DNA from: Candidatus Hydrothermarchaeota archaeon
GTDB taxonomy: Archaea > CAYFZR01
Direction of reading: 5' to 3'
Assembly (NCBI GenBank): GCA_046760505.1
Contig: JBHIEG010000005.1
Coordinates: 1-64,000, forward strand
DNA length: 64,000 nt
Each line of letters opens with the position of its first letter. Positions within the stretch are counted from its first letter, which is position 1. Positions 17,972-26,917 of the stretch are shown piece after piece. The notes beneath the pieces were generated by a model. That model was not told the origin of the DNA, made no database searches, and saw only the letters and a program-made list of their open reading frames with translations. Both the position numbers and the translations under genes were made by a program.

Positions 17972-19328
17972 TTTTATTCGCGGAGGTCTTATCCTTCTCT
18001 TCAATAACCTATTTGTCAGGTTAGGTGGATATGCATACAGGATTTTAACCGCCAATCTACTCGAAATATCGGAGTATGGAATACTTTCCCTTGCTCTCCC
18101 AGTACAGAGTGGTCTTCTCCTCGTAACCTCGGGAGGCGTTGCACCGGGCGTTGCTAAATATGTTGCAGAGGGAAGAGATGTTCTAAGGTCTTCCTTTGTC
18201 TTTTATACCTTATTTTCCTCGCTTATTACCATAATCCTGATCTTTCTTATCCTGCTTTTTTCACCATTTGGCGAAAAAGCAAGAATTCCTCTTATTATAG
18301 CGAGTGCCTCAATTCCATTTGGTGTTTTAATCTCCGTTCTAACCGGCAATTTTCAGGGTAAAAGGAAATACGGTAGAATGTGCTTTGTCTTGTCCTTTGA
18401 ACAGGTCATGCGAATAATACTTGCTTTCTTGTTCATAGGTTTGGGTGCTACAGGAGCCATACTTGGATCTACACTGGGTTTTGTAATATCTCTATTTTTG
18501 GCTTTTCTTTTAATGCCCTTTAGACCTAGTTTTGGTAAAGAATATAAAGAAGTCTTTCTTTTTTCAATCCCTGCTTCTGTAACAGCAATAGGCGCGTTCC
18601 TTCTTTACAATATTGATACACTTTGCTTGGGCTGGCTGGATACATACAGAAACGTTGGCCTCTACAACGCTGCAAGCCCGACAGCTAGAATCGTTATGGG
18701 AATCTCAGTAGCGGCTTCTGCCTCTCTCCTACCTCTTATAGTTTCATCTGAGGAAAAAGAAATATTTTGGAGACAGTCTCAAAGATTTACAGCCTTTTTT
18801 CTATTTCCAGCTACGGGAATTCTTGTAGCGATGCCTGAATGGATATTGAAACTCCTTTTCAAAGATGAGTTTGTGCTTGCGAAGAATTCTTTAATTATTT
18901 TAGCGATTGGCATGTTTTTCTTTGCATTTTATACTCTTTCTACTAGTGTATTTCAGGGAATTGGAATGCCACATATACCTATGTATATTTTAATGGTTTC
19001 AACGATGTTGGATATTATATTGAACGTTATTTTGATACCAATTTACCATATAAACGGTGCTTCTTTATCTACTTCAATCTCTTGCGTGTATGCCTTTTTC
19101 ATGAGTATATTCTTCCTTAGACCTTTTGGATTTAAACTCGATACAGATGCAATATTGCGTGGATTTGTGTCTGTTCTACTACCCTTTTTCTTATGGTATC
19201 ACTTTAAAGGGTTAGCGGGACTATTTCTTGGATTGGTCACGTATATATCATTTTTCGTATTTTTTAAAGGCATAACCAAGGAAGAAATTGAACTCCTTTT
19301 TAAATGGCTACGTACATTGCATAAATGA
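17892..19328 (+). CDS. Oligosaccharide flippase (MOP/Wzx family)
   Basis: About 14 TM helices; EYGILSLA, ID...LG, VGLYNAA, LN..LIP.Y...GA motifs; start codon uncertain. Confidence 0.85.
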   Translation: MESQGNLQREYSQDLEKSHKPREFRFDFIRGGLILLFNNLFVRLGGYAYRILTANLLEISEYGILSLALPVQSGLLLVTSGGVAPGVAKYVAEGRDVLRSSFVFYTLFSSLITIILIFLILLFSPFGEKARIPLIIASASIPFGVLISVLTGNFQGKRKYGRMCFVLSFEQVMRIILAFLFIGLGATGAILGSTLGFVISLFLAFLLMPFRPSFGKEYKEVFLFSIPASVTAIGAFLLYNIDTLCLGWLDTYRNVGLYNAASPTARIVMGISVAASASLLPLIVSSEEKEIFWRQSQRFTAFFLFPATGILVAMPEWILKLLFKDEFVLAKNSLIILAIGMFFFAFYTLSTSVFQGIGMPHIPMYILMVSTMLDIILNVILIPIYHINGASLSTSISCVYAFFMSIFFLRPFGFKLDTDAILRGFVSVLLPFFLWYHFKGLAGLFLGLVTYISFFVFFKGITKEEIELLFKWLRTLHK

Positions 19329-19406
19329 TGAGAAATAATGCGAAACCGTTTACCCAAGAGATATATAATATAATTTAAATAGTTCGGATTGATGAACTAA
19401 TGTGAA

Positions 19407-19886
19407 GTGAGAGACATGACGGAAAAATCCAACGAAGAACTTAAAAAATGTGAGGCGAAACTGAATGCCCTCACCATTCTTGTAGGAGGGCTTTCAAGGT
19501 CAATGGAGGCTGTAATGGGAAAGGGAGGAAGAGCAGTAGCATATAAAATGGGGAGAGATGGCGGGAAGAGAATAGCGAAGAAGCTAGGCAAGGCTGAGAG
19601 CATAAAAGAGGCTATAACCAAACTTACAAGCGAAATTGGAGATCTCTATGATATTGAGATAAAGGAAAACGGAGATGAAATTGAATTAACTACAAATTAC
19701 TGTTACATAAGGGAGGTAATAAAAAAGAGACAGGCGGTGGGACTTAAACCTGCTGGTACTTTATGCAGGGTAACTAGGGGCTATCTGGAGAGCGTAATAG
19801 AAGAGATGACGGGAAAAAAAGTTCAACTTAAACTGATAGAATCTGACTTGGAAAAGGACTTTTGCAAGGTGACGCTAAAGGGGTAG
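19407..19886 (+). CDS. V4R-domain (MetOD1-like) ligand-binding protein
   Basis: G..G..V.Y.MG..GG helix, CYIR, LC...RGYLE..IE..TGK.V and terminal C pattern. Confidence 0.7.
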   Translation: MRDMTEKSNEELKKCEAKLNALTILVGGLSRSMEAVMGKGGRAVAYKMGRDGGKRIAKKLGKAESIKEAITKLTSEIGDLYDIEIKENGDEIELTTNYCYIREVIKKRQAVGLKPAGTLCRVTRGYLESVIEEMTGKKVQLKLIESDLEKDFCKVTLKG

Positions 19887-20930
19887 AGGTATCCTTTCAA
19901 TTTCTAACCTATCGTGGGTTGGATACTCCTTAACTATCGCTGCATCACAATCTAGAAGATCAGAGAGACGCTCAGCAATGTACCATGAAGTCTCAATCCT
20001 TTCCTTAGATTCGTCTACATGAAACATATCTTCTGGAATGGAGAATTCGAAAATTAATCTTTTTTTAAGTGTTTTTAGGTCTTTACTTGATTTTGGATAG
20101 ATTATACCTTTGACAAGCAGACCTTCTTCGGTAATCTCCTCGTACTTTTTTCTAACGTTCTTTGCTCTTCTTAAAAATCTGTTTTTCAACTGGACTGAAT
20201 CCTTTATAAAAGAAGGGCAGAAATGTATGTTAAATCCTTCTAAATTCTTGAAGATTTCCATTGCTTTTTCAAAACTTCCCTTTATGGCATTCGATGAATC
20301 ATTTACTAACCCATATTTTTTCAGATAGGGTGCATTCGTTTCAGAGAGTTCCAGTTCGTTTATGTTTATGAAAGAGTAATTCGATTCAGGGAGATATTCG
20401 ATTAAACCACTGTAATCTTTATCTGGAATTGCGGGGATCTCTATCCCTGTATGGAGATATTCTGTAACCCACTCAAGGCTCTTTAACCCTTGCAGTTCAG
20501 CGTTAATCCTGAGTTCATCCAATCCTGCATCGGCGAGCAATTCTGCTTGCCTTTGATTCAGGAGATCACCACATGTATAAAGATGGATGTGATGTTTGCC
20601 AAAATTTTCTTTGAGAAGGTTTATCACTTCCAAAGTTCTGTTAAACACGAGTAAAGGCTCGCCTCCCGTTATTCCGGTTCCCCTGGCATCTATTAACCTC
20701 GCCTCCTCTAATATATCTTCATAAGATCTCACCTTTCTTTCATTCGCCCATATTGCGTCAACCTTTCTCTCATTTGAAACAGGACAGAAATAACAGTTTT
20801 TTTTGCATAGCCCCGTTATGAAAAGTACTAATTTCGCACCCTTTAAGCATAGTCTGCATCCTTTAGACATTTTGCCTTTCAGGAATGAGCCGTATTTGGT
20901 CTTCATATTCATCAACGGAAAAGTTATCAA
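19875..20930 (-). CDS. Archaeal radical SAM protein (COG2108-like)
   Basis: GC.LC.KG.KLVLF.TG.CKKNCYFCP, ANE, ITGGEP, NELE.SETN. Confidence 0.85.
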   Translation of the reverse strand: MITFPLMNMKTKYGSFLKGKMSKGCRLCLKGAKLVLFITGLCKKNCYFCPVSNERKVDAIWANERKVRSYEDILEEARLIDARGTGITGGEPLLVFNRTLEVINLLKENFGKHHIHLYTCGDLLNQRQAELLADAGLDELRINAELQGLKSLEWVTEYLHTGIEIPAIPDKDYSGLIEYLPESNYSFININELELSETNAPYLKKYGLVNDSSNAIKGSFEKAMEIFKNLEGFNIHFCPSFIKDSVQLKNRFLRRAKNVRKKYEEITEEGLLVKGIIYPKSSKDLKTLKKRLIFEFSIPEDMFHVDESKERIETSWYIAERLSDLLDCDAAIVKEYPTHDRLEIERIPLPL

Positions 20931-20953
20931 GGTGATTGTGAAATGCAGGTTAA

Positions 20954-21754
20954 TTACTCTTCATCTTCATTAAATCTCTTTAATATTCGGTCTATTATCT
21001 TTTCCTCAGGATCTTTGAGTCGGTGCGTTTTCAAAAGCAAGTCCCTTGAAAGGTAGACCCTATGAACGATATTAAATCCCTCTTCCGTTATGTACATTTC
21101 ACTATGGTCCTTCAAAAATTCAACCAACTTATCTACTTCCACAGAAAATATCTCGATCGAGCATGGACCCAAATTGTACAAAAAATATTGGAGAGCCTTA
21201 TCGGATGTGAACTCTTCCTTTCCAACCGCAAAGCATGCCATTGGAGCGCCCTCTTTGGCGACTATGTAAAAGTCAAAATCTTCCATGGAGAACTTGGCAT
21301 ACCCAGACAATAATTCAGAGCCTATTTCAGCAAAAATATTCCTTAAATCTGGTGTTTCAACCTTAATTTTCTTTATTAACTTTCCACGAGGCAGTTCAGT
21401 CACTATCCTGAACCCAGTGAAAAGATACTTTGAATTCAGCTCTTTTATGTATCTCAGTTGGTATGGAGAAAATTCAAAAATTGCAAATGAAGGATTTTCA
21501 ATTGACTTTATGCATTCGAGAGCATCTTTTCCTTTTTTTGTATTTTCTTTGCCTTTTTTACAACTAGCCCCGATTAAAACTCCCTTTTCAAATATGAGAT
21601 AAGATTCTGCGTTGGGGGCTGAGATCTTTATGTATCCGTTTAATTTATCTTCTTCTTTTTCTCTAATTAAAGTATCAATTTCAACCTCATTCGGAGAAAA
21701 TGATGCGATTAAAGTACCCTCTTTTGGTATCAACATATTTTTAATCCCATCCAC
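20954..21754 (-). CDS. DUF2226-like protein with two tandem domains
   Basis: Two repeats (IP.G..I / LPRGK.I; LNGYIK / LSGYAK; IFEKG / VAKEG; G..AL) and C-terminal SRDLLLKTHRLKDPEE.IIDRIL motif. Confidence 0.7.
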   Translation of the reverse strand: MDGIKNMLIPKEGTLIASFSPNEVEIDTLIREKEEDKLNGYIKISAPNAESYLIFEKGVLIGASCKKGKENTKKGKDALECIKSIENPSFAIFEFSPYQLRYIKELNSKYLFTGFRIVTELPRGKLIKKIKVETPDLRNIFAEIGSELLSGYAKFSMEDFDFYIVAKEGAPMACFAVGKEEFTSDKALQYFLYNLGPCSIEIFSVEVDKLVEFLKDHSEMYITEEGFNIVHRVYLSRDLLLKTHRLKDPEEKIIDRILKRFNEDEE

Positions 21755-21786
21755 TTTCGTTATTTGAGATCTTTATATTAAAATGT

Positions 21787-22908
21787 TTAGGCCTGAATTT
21801 TGTACCTTAACAGAGCAGCGATACCTCCTAGCGATAATAAATTCTCGCCAGCCTCGTGTTCGGAGCTAATTATCATTATGTGAGAGGAAGTCTTTCTTGC
21901 ATTTTCCATTATTTCTTCTATTCTATCATCTTTTCTCGATCTGAACTCCCTCAGAGTTCTATCGGATACGATTAGTTTGTCTACGGCCCCATAGTTCACC
22001 GCCCTTTCTACTTCCTGCAAGCCGTATACTCCGAGACCTGTGCCCTTTCCTATTTCTTCGAGAAGACTTTCCACCACCTTGAATTCCTTGGATATACGAT
22101 CATCCTTTATTACTCTATCTATCGCCCCCCTCTTTATTATTTCATGGACTCCCGGTTTCCCTGTGTTACTTGCTGGCTCGAGTTTAGAAATTTCGCTCAA
22201 TTCCTTGTAGTTTTCAGATAAAAAGTTCAAGAAATCTTCCTTCATAAATCCCGGGCCACAGATTATTATTGCTTGTATCATCTCATTTTTTATCATTTCC
22301 CTTGTCATTTCACTTTCAGTTGATTTATTCTCTATTATTTTATTTTCCATCATTTTATTTGCTATTTCCCTGAAAAATCCTTTCTTTGTGGTTGAAAATG
22401 ACTTTTCGTCCATCTTCTTGCTAAGCCCTGAGTATATCTTACCAAGCGACTCTATACCATACTGGCGGAAAATAAAAATCTCTGCCTCACTCTCATCTAT
22501 GGTCACAACCATTATTAAAGGTCTTTTTGCCTCTATTTCCGCCTCTTTAAGCCTTTCTAATTGATCATTTTTCCAAGATTTTTCTATCGTAATAATGGTT
22601 CTCTCGGTTACATCCAGAGTATGGTGCTTTCCAAGGTCTGTGCCATGTTCTATTACTCCTAGAATTCTTAAACGGTTTGAATGGGGATGAAAATCAACAT
22701 TCTTTACCCTTATTCCGAGGTATACCAGTTTTTTTTCTGGTCTTTCTGTCCTTATCTTATTTTTAATAACTTCCTGATCCCTTCGATAAGACTTAGAAAA
22801 AACAAGGTCTCCACTTTCGATGATGTTCTGTAGGTGCCAGAGGTCATTTAAACTATCTATCCTGAGTTTGATCCTGCCCTTCTTTAGGTCTCGATGTATG
22901 ATTTTCAT
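21787..22908 (-). CDS. pelA: mRNA surveillance protein pelota
   Basis: DLWHL.NII..GD, RLRILG, G.HHTL, GPGF.K, YG..EV..A...GAV, HEAG..L..LGGIAALLRY. Confidence 0.95.
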   Translation of the reverse strand: MKIIHRDLKKGRIKLRIDSLNDLWHLQNIIESGDLVFSKSYRRDQEVIKNKIRTERPEKKLVYLGIRVKNVDFHPHSNRLRILGVIEHGTDLGKHHTLDVTERTIITIEKSWKNDQLERLKEAEIEAKRPLIMVVTIDESEAEIFIFRQYGIESLGKIYSGLSKKMDEKSFSTTKKGFFREIANKMMENKIIENKSTESEMTREMIKNEMIQAIIICGPGFMKEDFLNFLSENYKELSEISKLEPASNTGKPGVHEIIKRGAIDRVIKDDRISKEFKVVESLLEEIGKGTGLGVYGLQEVERAVNYGAVDKLIVSDRTLREFRSRKDDRIEEIMENARKTSSHIMIISSEHEAGENLLSLGGIAALLRYKIQA

Positions 22909-22965
22909 ACGAGCACCATCGAAATCTATATTTAGTCTTATAATAATCTTCCCAGAGGGTCATAA

Positions 22966-23265
22966 GTGAATGAGTGCACCAAAGATATTAGAAAAGATGC
23001 TGAAGATTTGATTGAAAAGTTCAAAAAATCCAAAGGGGAAATGCCCTTTAACCTTTATGCAACCGTTAACATAGAGATAATCTGGAAAGAAGGGGACATT
23101 CACAATTGTATCTTAACCATCGACGCATGTGATCCTGATGAATTAAAGGCTATAACTGAAAACTTAACTTCCTCTATCACTGGAGAAATCAAATTTTGTG
23201 AGGTTTTCATCGAGTACTATGACGAAAAAGAAGATAACTATATGGAATTCAGACTTCAAGACTGA
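22966..23265 (+). CDS. Hypothetical acidic protein
   Basis: 99-aa ORF filling the gap between pelota and trpB2, plausible composition; no motif recognised. Confidence 0.6.
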   Translation: MNECTKDIRKDAEDLIEKFKKSKGEMPFNLYATVNIEIIWKEGDIHNCILTIDACDPDELKAITENLTSSITGEIKFCEVFIEYYDEKEDNYMEFRLQD

Positions 23266-23287
23266 ACTCGCGTTATCTCAATATCAA

Positions 23288-23330
23288 CGTACAAATGTGT
23301 ACTCAAAATACTTAAATATTGCACTGTACT
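23288..23330 (+). promoter_or_regulatory. trpB2 promoter with TRP-box-like hexamers (putative TrpY operator)
   Basis: CGTACA-N4-TGTACT (23288-23303), TATA-like CTTAAATA (23311-23318), TGTACT (23325-23330). Confidence 0.55.
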
Positions 23331-23364
23331 ACATAAATGGACATCATAATCGGAGGGAAGAGAA

Positions 23365-24693
23365 ATGTCGGTTGTAACTTTATCAATAGATGAAATGCCG
23401 AGAAAGTGGTACAACATCCTTCCAGATCTGCCAAGACCTCTAGATCCTCCAAAAGATCCTGATGAAGGCCCATCAAGAATGGCGAACTTGCCAAAAATCT
23501 TCCCGAAAGCCCTGTTGCAACAAGAAATGAGCATGGATCCATATATTGATATACCAGAGGAGATAGTAGAGATTTACTACAAAATAGGAAGACCCACCCC
23601 TCTTTATAGAGCAACGAGGCTCGAAAAATTTCTGAATACGCCCGCCAAGATATATCTCAAGAGAGAGGATCTTTCTCCTACAGGCAGTCATAAGTCAAAC
23701 ACTGCTGTAGCACAGGCATACTATGGAATGAAGGAAGGCGCAGAAAGATTGACCACAGAAACAGGTGCTGGACAGTGGGGATCTGCACTTTCCCTCGGAT
23801 GCGCTCTGTTTGACCTTGAGTGTCTAGTTTATATGGTGAGAGTGAGTTACGAGCAGAAACCATATCGAAGAATTGTAATGCAGTTGTACGGTGCAGAAGT
23901 TGTCCCATCCCCGAGCGAGAGAACAGAGGCAGGCAGAAAGATATTGGCAGAAAATCCTGATCATCCAGGATCTTTGGGTATTGCCATCTCAGAAGCGGTG
24001 GAAACAGCCATAAATCACGATGAAACATTCTATTCTCTGGGAAGTGTATTGAATCACGTGCTACTTCACCAAACAGTGATCGGACAGGAGTTGATAAAAC
24101 AGTTTGAACTCCTCGATGAAACTCCTGATTTCATGGCAGGCTGTGTGGGAGGAGGAAGCAATTTCTCAGGATTTATGTTTCCTTTCATAGGCAAAAAGCT
24201 CAGGGGAGAATACGATGAAACAACGTTTATGGCGGTTGAGCCTAAAGCGGTGCCAACTCTAACTGGTGAGAAGATCTCGGTGTCTCAATACAGATACGAC
24301 CACGGAGATACTGCAACGCTCACTCCCTTGTTGAAGATGTATACACTAGGTCATGATTTTGTACCTCCACCAATCCACAGCGGCGGACTGAGATACCATG
24401 GAGATGCTCCGATCCTATGTTTGCTAGTAAAAGAGGGATTAGTTAAGGCCAAGGCATATCATCAGAGCGAGATATTCAGAGCGGGTCAGATACTGGCAAA
24501 AACAGAGGGATTAGTAACAGCGCCAGAGACCTGTCATGCGCTTGCAGCTGTGATAGACGAGGCAAGAGAAGCGAAAAAGACAGGAGAGAAAAAAATCCTA
24601 GTGTACAATCATTCTGGACATGGATTGTTAGATCTCGCGGGATACGATGATTTTCTTTCTGGAAGGCTAAAAGACTACGAACCAACTAAGTAA
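23365..24693 (+). CDS. trpB2: Tryptophan synthase beta chain, TrpB2 type
   Basis: [60 protein letters not shown]. Confidence 0.95.
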   Translation: MSVVTLSIDEMPRKWYNILPDLPRPLDPPKDPDEGPSRMANLPKIFPKALLQQEMSMDPYIDIPEEIVEIYYKIGRPTPLYRATRLEKFLNTPAKIYLKREDLSPTGSHKSNTAVAQAYYGMKEGAERLTTETGAGQWGSALSLGCALFDLECLVYMVRVSYEQKPYRRIVMQLYGAEVVPSPSERTEAGRKILAENPDHPGSLGIAISEAVETAINHDETFYSLGSVLNHVLLHQTVIGQELIKQFELLDETPDFMAGCVGGGSNFSGFMFPFIGKKLRGEYDETTFMAVEPKAVPTLTGEKISVSQYRYDHGDTATLTPLLKMYTLGHDFVPPPIHSGGLRYHGDAPILCLLVKEGLVKAKAYHQSEIFRAGQILAKTEGLVTAPETCHALAAVIDEAREAKKTGEKKILVYNHSGHGLLDLAGYDDFLSGRLKDYEPTK

Positions 24694-24723
24694 GGGCTTT
24701 TGTACTATTTTTTATTCCCTTTC

Positions 24724-25695
24724 TCAATCCATTTCTATACCATAGACACAAGAATGATTACCTTTTTTTGTGCAGGCAATTTCTTTGACCTTAACATCTT
24801 CTCCCGTAGCTGTAGATAGTGCGGAGGCAAAAAAACTGGCATTCCAAACACAATATCTTGAGTCGACTTCTGTCTTGGGTATAGTGGAACAGAGCCAGCA
24901 GTCCTCAACCACAAAAGTATTGCCATCCACGCTTACTTTGCCCAACCCGAGTTCATTGGAGACATCTGCTAACATTGAAATAGATTCTTTGGGGTCTTTT
25001 TCCAGTGATCTCCCCACGTTCTGACCTACTATTATGGCTCCAGTTCTGAGCACGGATCCCGCCCTGCCTACGCCAAGCTGCCTAACAACTGAAGCACCGA
25101 TCATGTGTCCTAGGTGAATTGGACTTCTTACATCCTTAACCTTGTTGAACGTGGAGAAGTAAGTCTTTATGAGTTTATCAGCATCATTCATTGTGTACTC
25201 AATGGGCTTTATTAGAAGATCCTTTATACTTCTTGATGGGGAGAAAACAAACCTACATTCATCCTCTCCTTTTGCTATACACTTTTCTTCCACAACGCTG
25301 TAGTTCTTGCCAGTAGCCCCCTTCAAGATATATTGAAGTAAAATTCTTGTGGTACTGCACATGGGTTTTTCCATAGAATTCTCAAAACTTAAACATTCAT
25401 GACAGTTTCCAGTGGTTGCGAAGCCTAATTGGTCAAACTCCAAATCGAAGACTTTGAGCGCCTCATTAAAGGTCGTTTCTGAACTTAGAATACCCTTCCC
25501 AATATGCTCGCTTACCTGTCTCAAAATTGGGTGACATCCTCCACCCATATTCTTTATTACACCAACGTAAACCCCTGTATTCACCGCAAGGCTCATAGAA
25601 TCTCCGATCTTTCTAGTCTCTTTCTGGTCACAGAGTTCAGATAGCTTTTCCGCTATCTCCTCCATAGCATCTACAGATATCCTTTGCCAGTCCAT
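24724..25695 (-). CDS. Tandem V4R-domain protein
   Basis: Two Cys-rich V4R repeats: CHEC..PMC..ATGK...V.E..C...G...C.F and LGLG..CWLC..YC..ATG..V.V.E..C...G...C. Confidence 0.8.
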   Translation of the reverse strand: MDWQRISVDAMEEIAEKLSELCDQKETRKIGDSMSLAVNTGVYVGVIKNMGGGCHPILRQVSEHIGKGILSSETTFNEALKVFDLEFDQLGFATTGNCHECLSFENSMEKPMCSTTRILLQYILKGATGKNYSVVEEKCIAKGEDECRFVFSPSRSIKDLLIKPIEYTMNDADKLIKTYFSTFNKVKDVRSPIHLGHMIGASVVRQLGVGRAGSVLRTGAIIVGQNVGRSLEKDPKESISMLADVSNELGLGKVSVDGNTFVVEDCWLCSTIPKTEVDSRYCVWNASFFASALSTATGEDVKVKEIACTKKGNHSCVYGIEMD

Positions 25696-25704
25696 TAGAG
25701 GGCC

Positions 25705-26061
25705 TCACAGCAGTGCGCTGAGTTCGGGAACAATCTTATTCATCTGCATTCTTATGTAGCCCAAGTTGGCCGAGGTATCAGCAAGAACTCCCAGCACAGC
25801 TGAATCATCAACCGAAATTAAGAAAACATTTCCATTCTCACCCTCCGCGATAACAAACTTCACGGCACCCTGCTTTAACTCTTCAAAAGAAACTGAAAGG
25901 GCACCATAAGAGGCTGAGAGTGTTGCGCCTGCATCATCTTTACTTATGTTCTTTGGGAGGACTTCTGCTATTATAAATCCATCCATACTCACCAAGAAAG
26001 ATCCTTTTACGCCTGAGATATCATTCAGCTTCGATATTATTCTCTCTATCTCGGCTACCAA
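25705..26061 (-). CDS. Roadblock/LC7 (MglB-like) protein
   Basis: GVKGSFLVSMDGFII, EL..G, IAEGENG, L.VL.D..ANLG.IR; TTG start after GGAGGTG. Confidence 0.9.
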   Translation of the reverse strand: MVAEIERIISKLNDISGVKGSFLVSMDGFIIAEVLPKNISKDDAGATLSASYGALSVSFEELKQGAVKFVIAEGENGNVFLISVDDSAVLGVLADTSANLGYIRMQMNKIVPELSALL

Positions 26062-26533
26062 CCCATACACCTCCACTCAGTATTCTATCTATTTCCTCCT
26101 CCGTAGGTTCCTTTATCTTGTACTTCTTAAGAAGAGCTTCTCGGAGAGCCTCTCTTTCACTTTCGATCGGACATAGATCCACTCCAGACTCGCTTATCAA
26201 ATGGTCCTTGTAGTACTCGTTGATCAGGCCTATTTCCGAGTCAGAATACTCGAACAATTCAATCCTTATATTGTTCCATCTTCGACTCGAAAGTTTCTTT
26301 ATAAAATCAATGCCTTTTCCCTCTTCACCTTCTCTCAAAAATTTTCCAACCGCAAGAATTGCCTTACCATCTTTAAGAACTACCTGACATCTTACCGACT
26401 GATCTGGACTTCTTAGGTAAGCATCGACAAGTCCGGTAAATTTCTTGCAAGAAATCTCTTGTAAATACAAAAGCAAGTTACTATCCTTCGCTTGGTAAGT
26501 TTCTTCTAGCCTAACACCTTTTGGGAGTAACAT
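26021..26533 (-). CDS. DUF2226-like protein
   Basis: MLLPKG, FTGLV, LKDGK and C-terminal REALLKKYKIKEPTEEEIDRIL. Confidence 0.75.
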   Translation of the reverse strand: MLLPKGVRLEETYQAKDSNLLLYLQEISCKKFTGLVDAYLRSPDQSVRCQVVLKDGKAILAVGKFLREGEEGKGIDFIKKLSSRRWNNIRIELFEYSDSEIGLINEYYKDHLISESGVDLCPIESEREALREALLKKYKIKEPTEEEIDRILSGGVWVGSRDRENNIEAE

Positions 26534-26555
26534 GAAAACCCTTCCTCAACCATTC

Positions 26556-26593
26556 AGCCTTAATTAAAATAAATTATAAGGCTCCGTATATAA
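26556..26593 (-). promoter_or_regulatory. Promoter and palindrome upstream of DUF2226-Roadblock-V4R operon
   Basis: Minus-strand TTTATATA (26586-26593) followed by inverted repeat AGCCTTA..TAAGGCT (26556-26583). Confidence 0.4.
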
Positions 26594-26680
26594 AAATTCT
26601 TCCGTAACGAAATTTATTAAATAATTTCAAATTTAGAAGTTAAGTCGTGGACGATCAACAAAAATTTTAATTAAAAAAGA

Positions 26681-26917
26681 TTAAAATAAGTGAAATATTG
26701 GATAATACCTACTATTTCTTAAAAAAACTAAGTTTTTTTCTTCTAATTTGTCCAAGGCCTTTTTAATGGAATCTTCTTTTAATTCTGTTTCGTTTTTAAT
26801 TTCTGATTGGCTGATTCCTCTAGATCTGTTGCTCAGAATACAGTTGTAAACAACTCTCTCGGTTACCGTCAAACTTCCTGAGAGGGGGATTCTTATTCTC
26901 TCATCCATCATGATCAC
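26681..26917 (-). CDS. Small winged-helix DNA-binding protein
   Basis: LTVTERVVY..I, GISQSEIK.ET.L....IKKALDKLEEKNLV wHTH pattern. Confidence 0.7.
   Translation of the reverse strand: MIMMDERIRIPLSGSLTVTERVVYNCILSNRSRGISQSEIKNETELKEDSIKKALDKLEEKNLVFLRNSRYYPIFHLF

Noticed and set aside
19325-19400. Possible C/D box sRNA (ATGATGA)
   Set aside because: No suitably spaced CTGA D box or D'/C' pair; overlaps a stop codon and a promoter.
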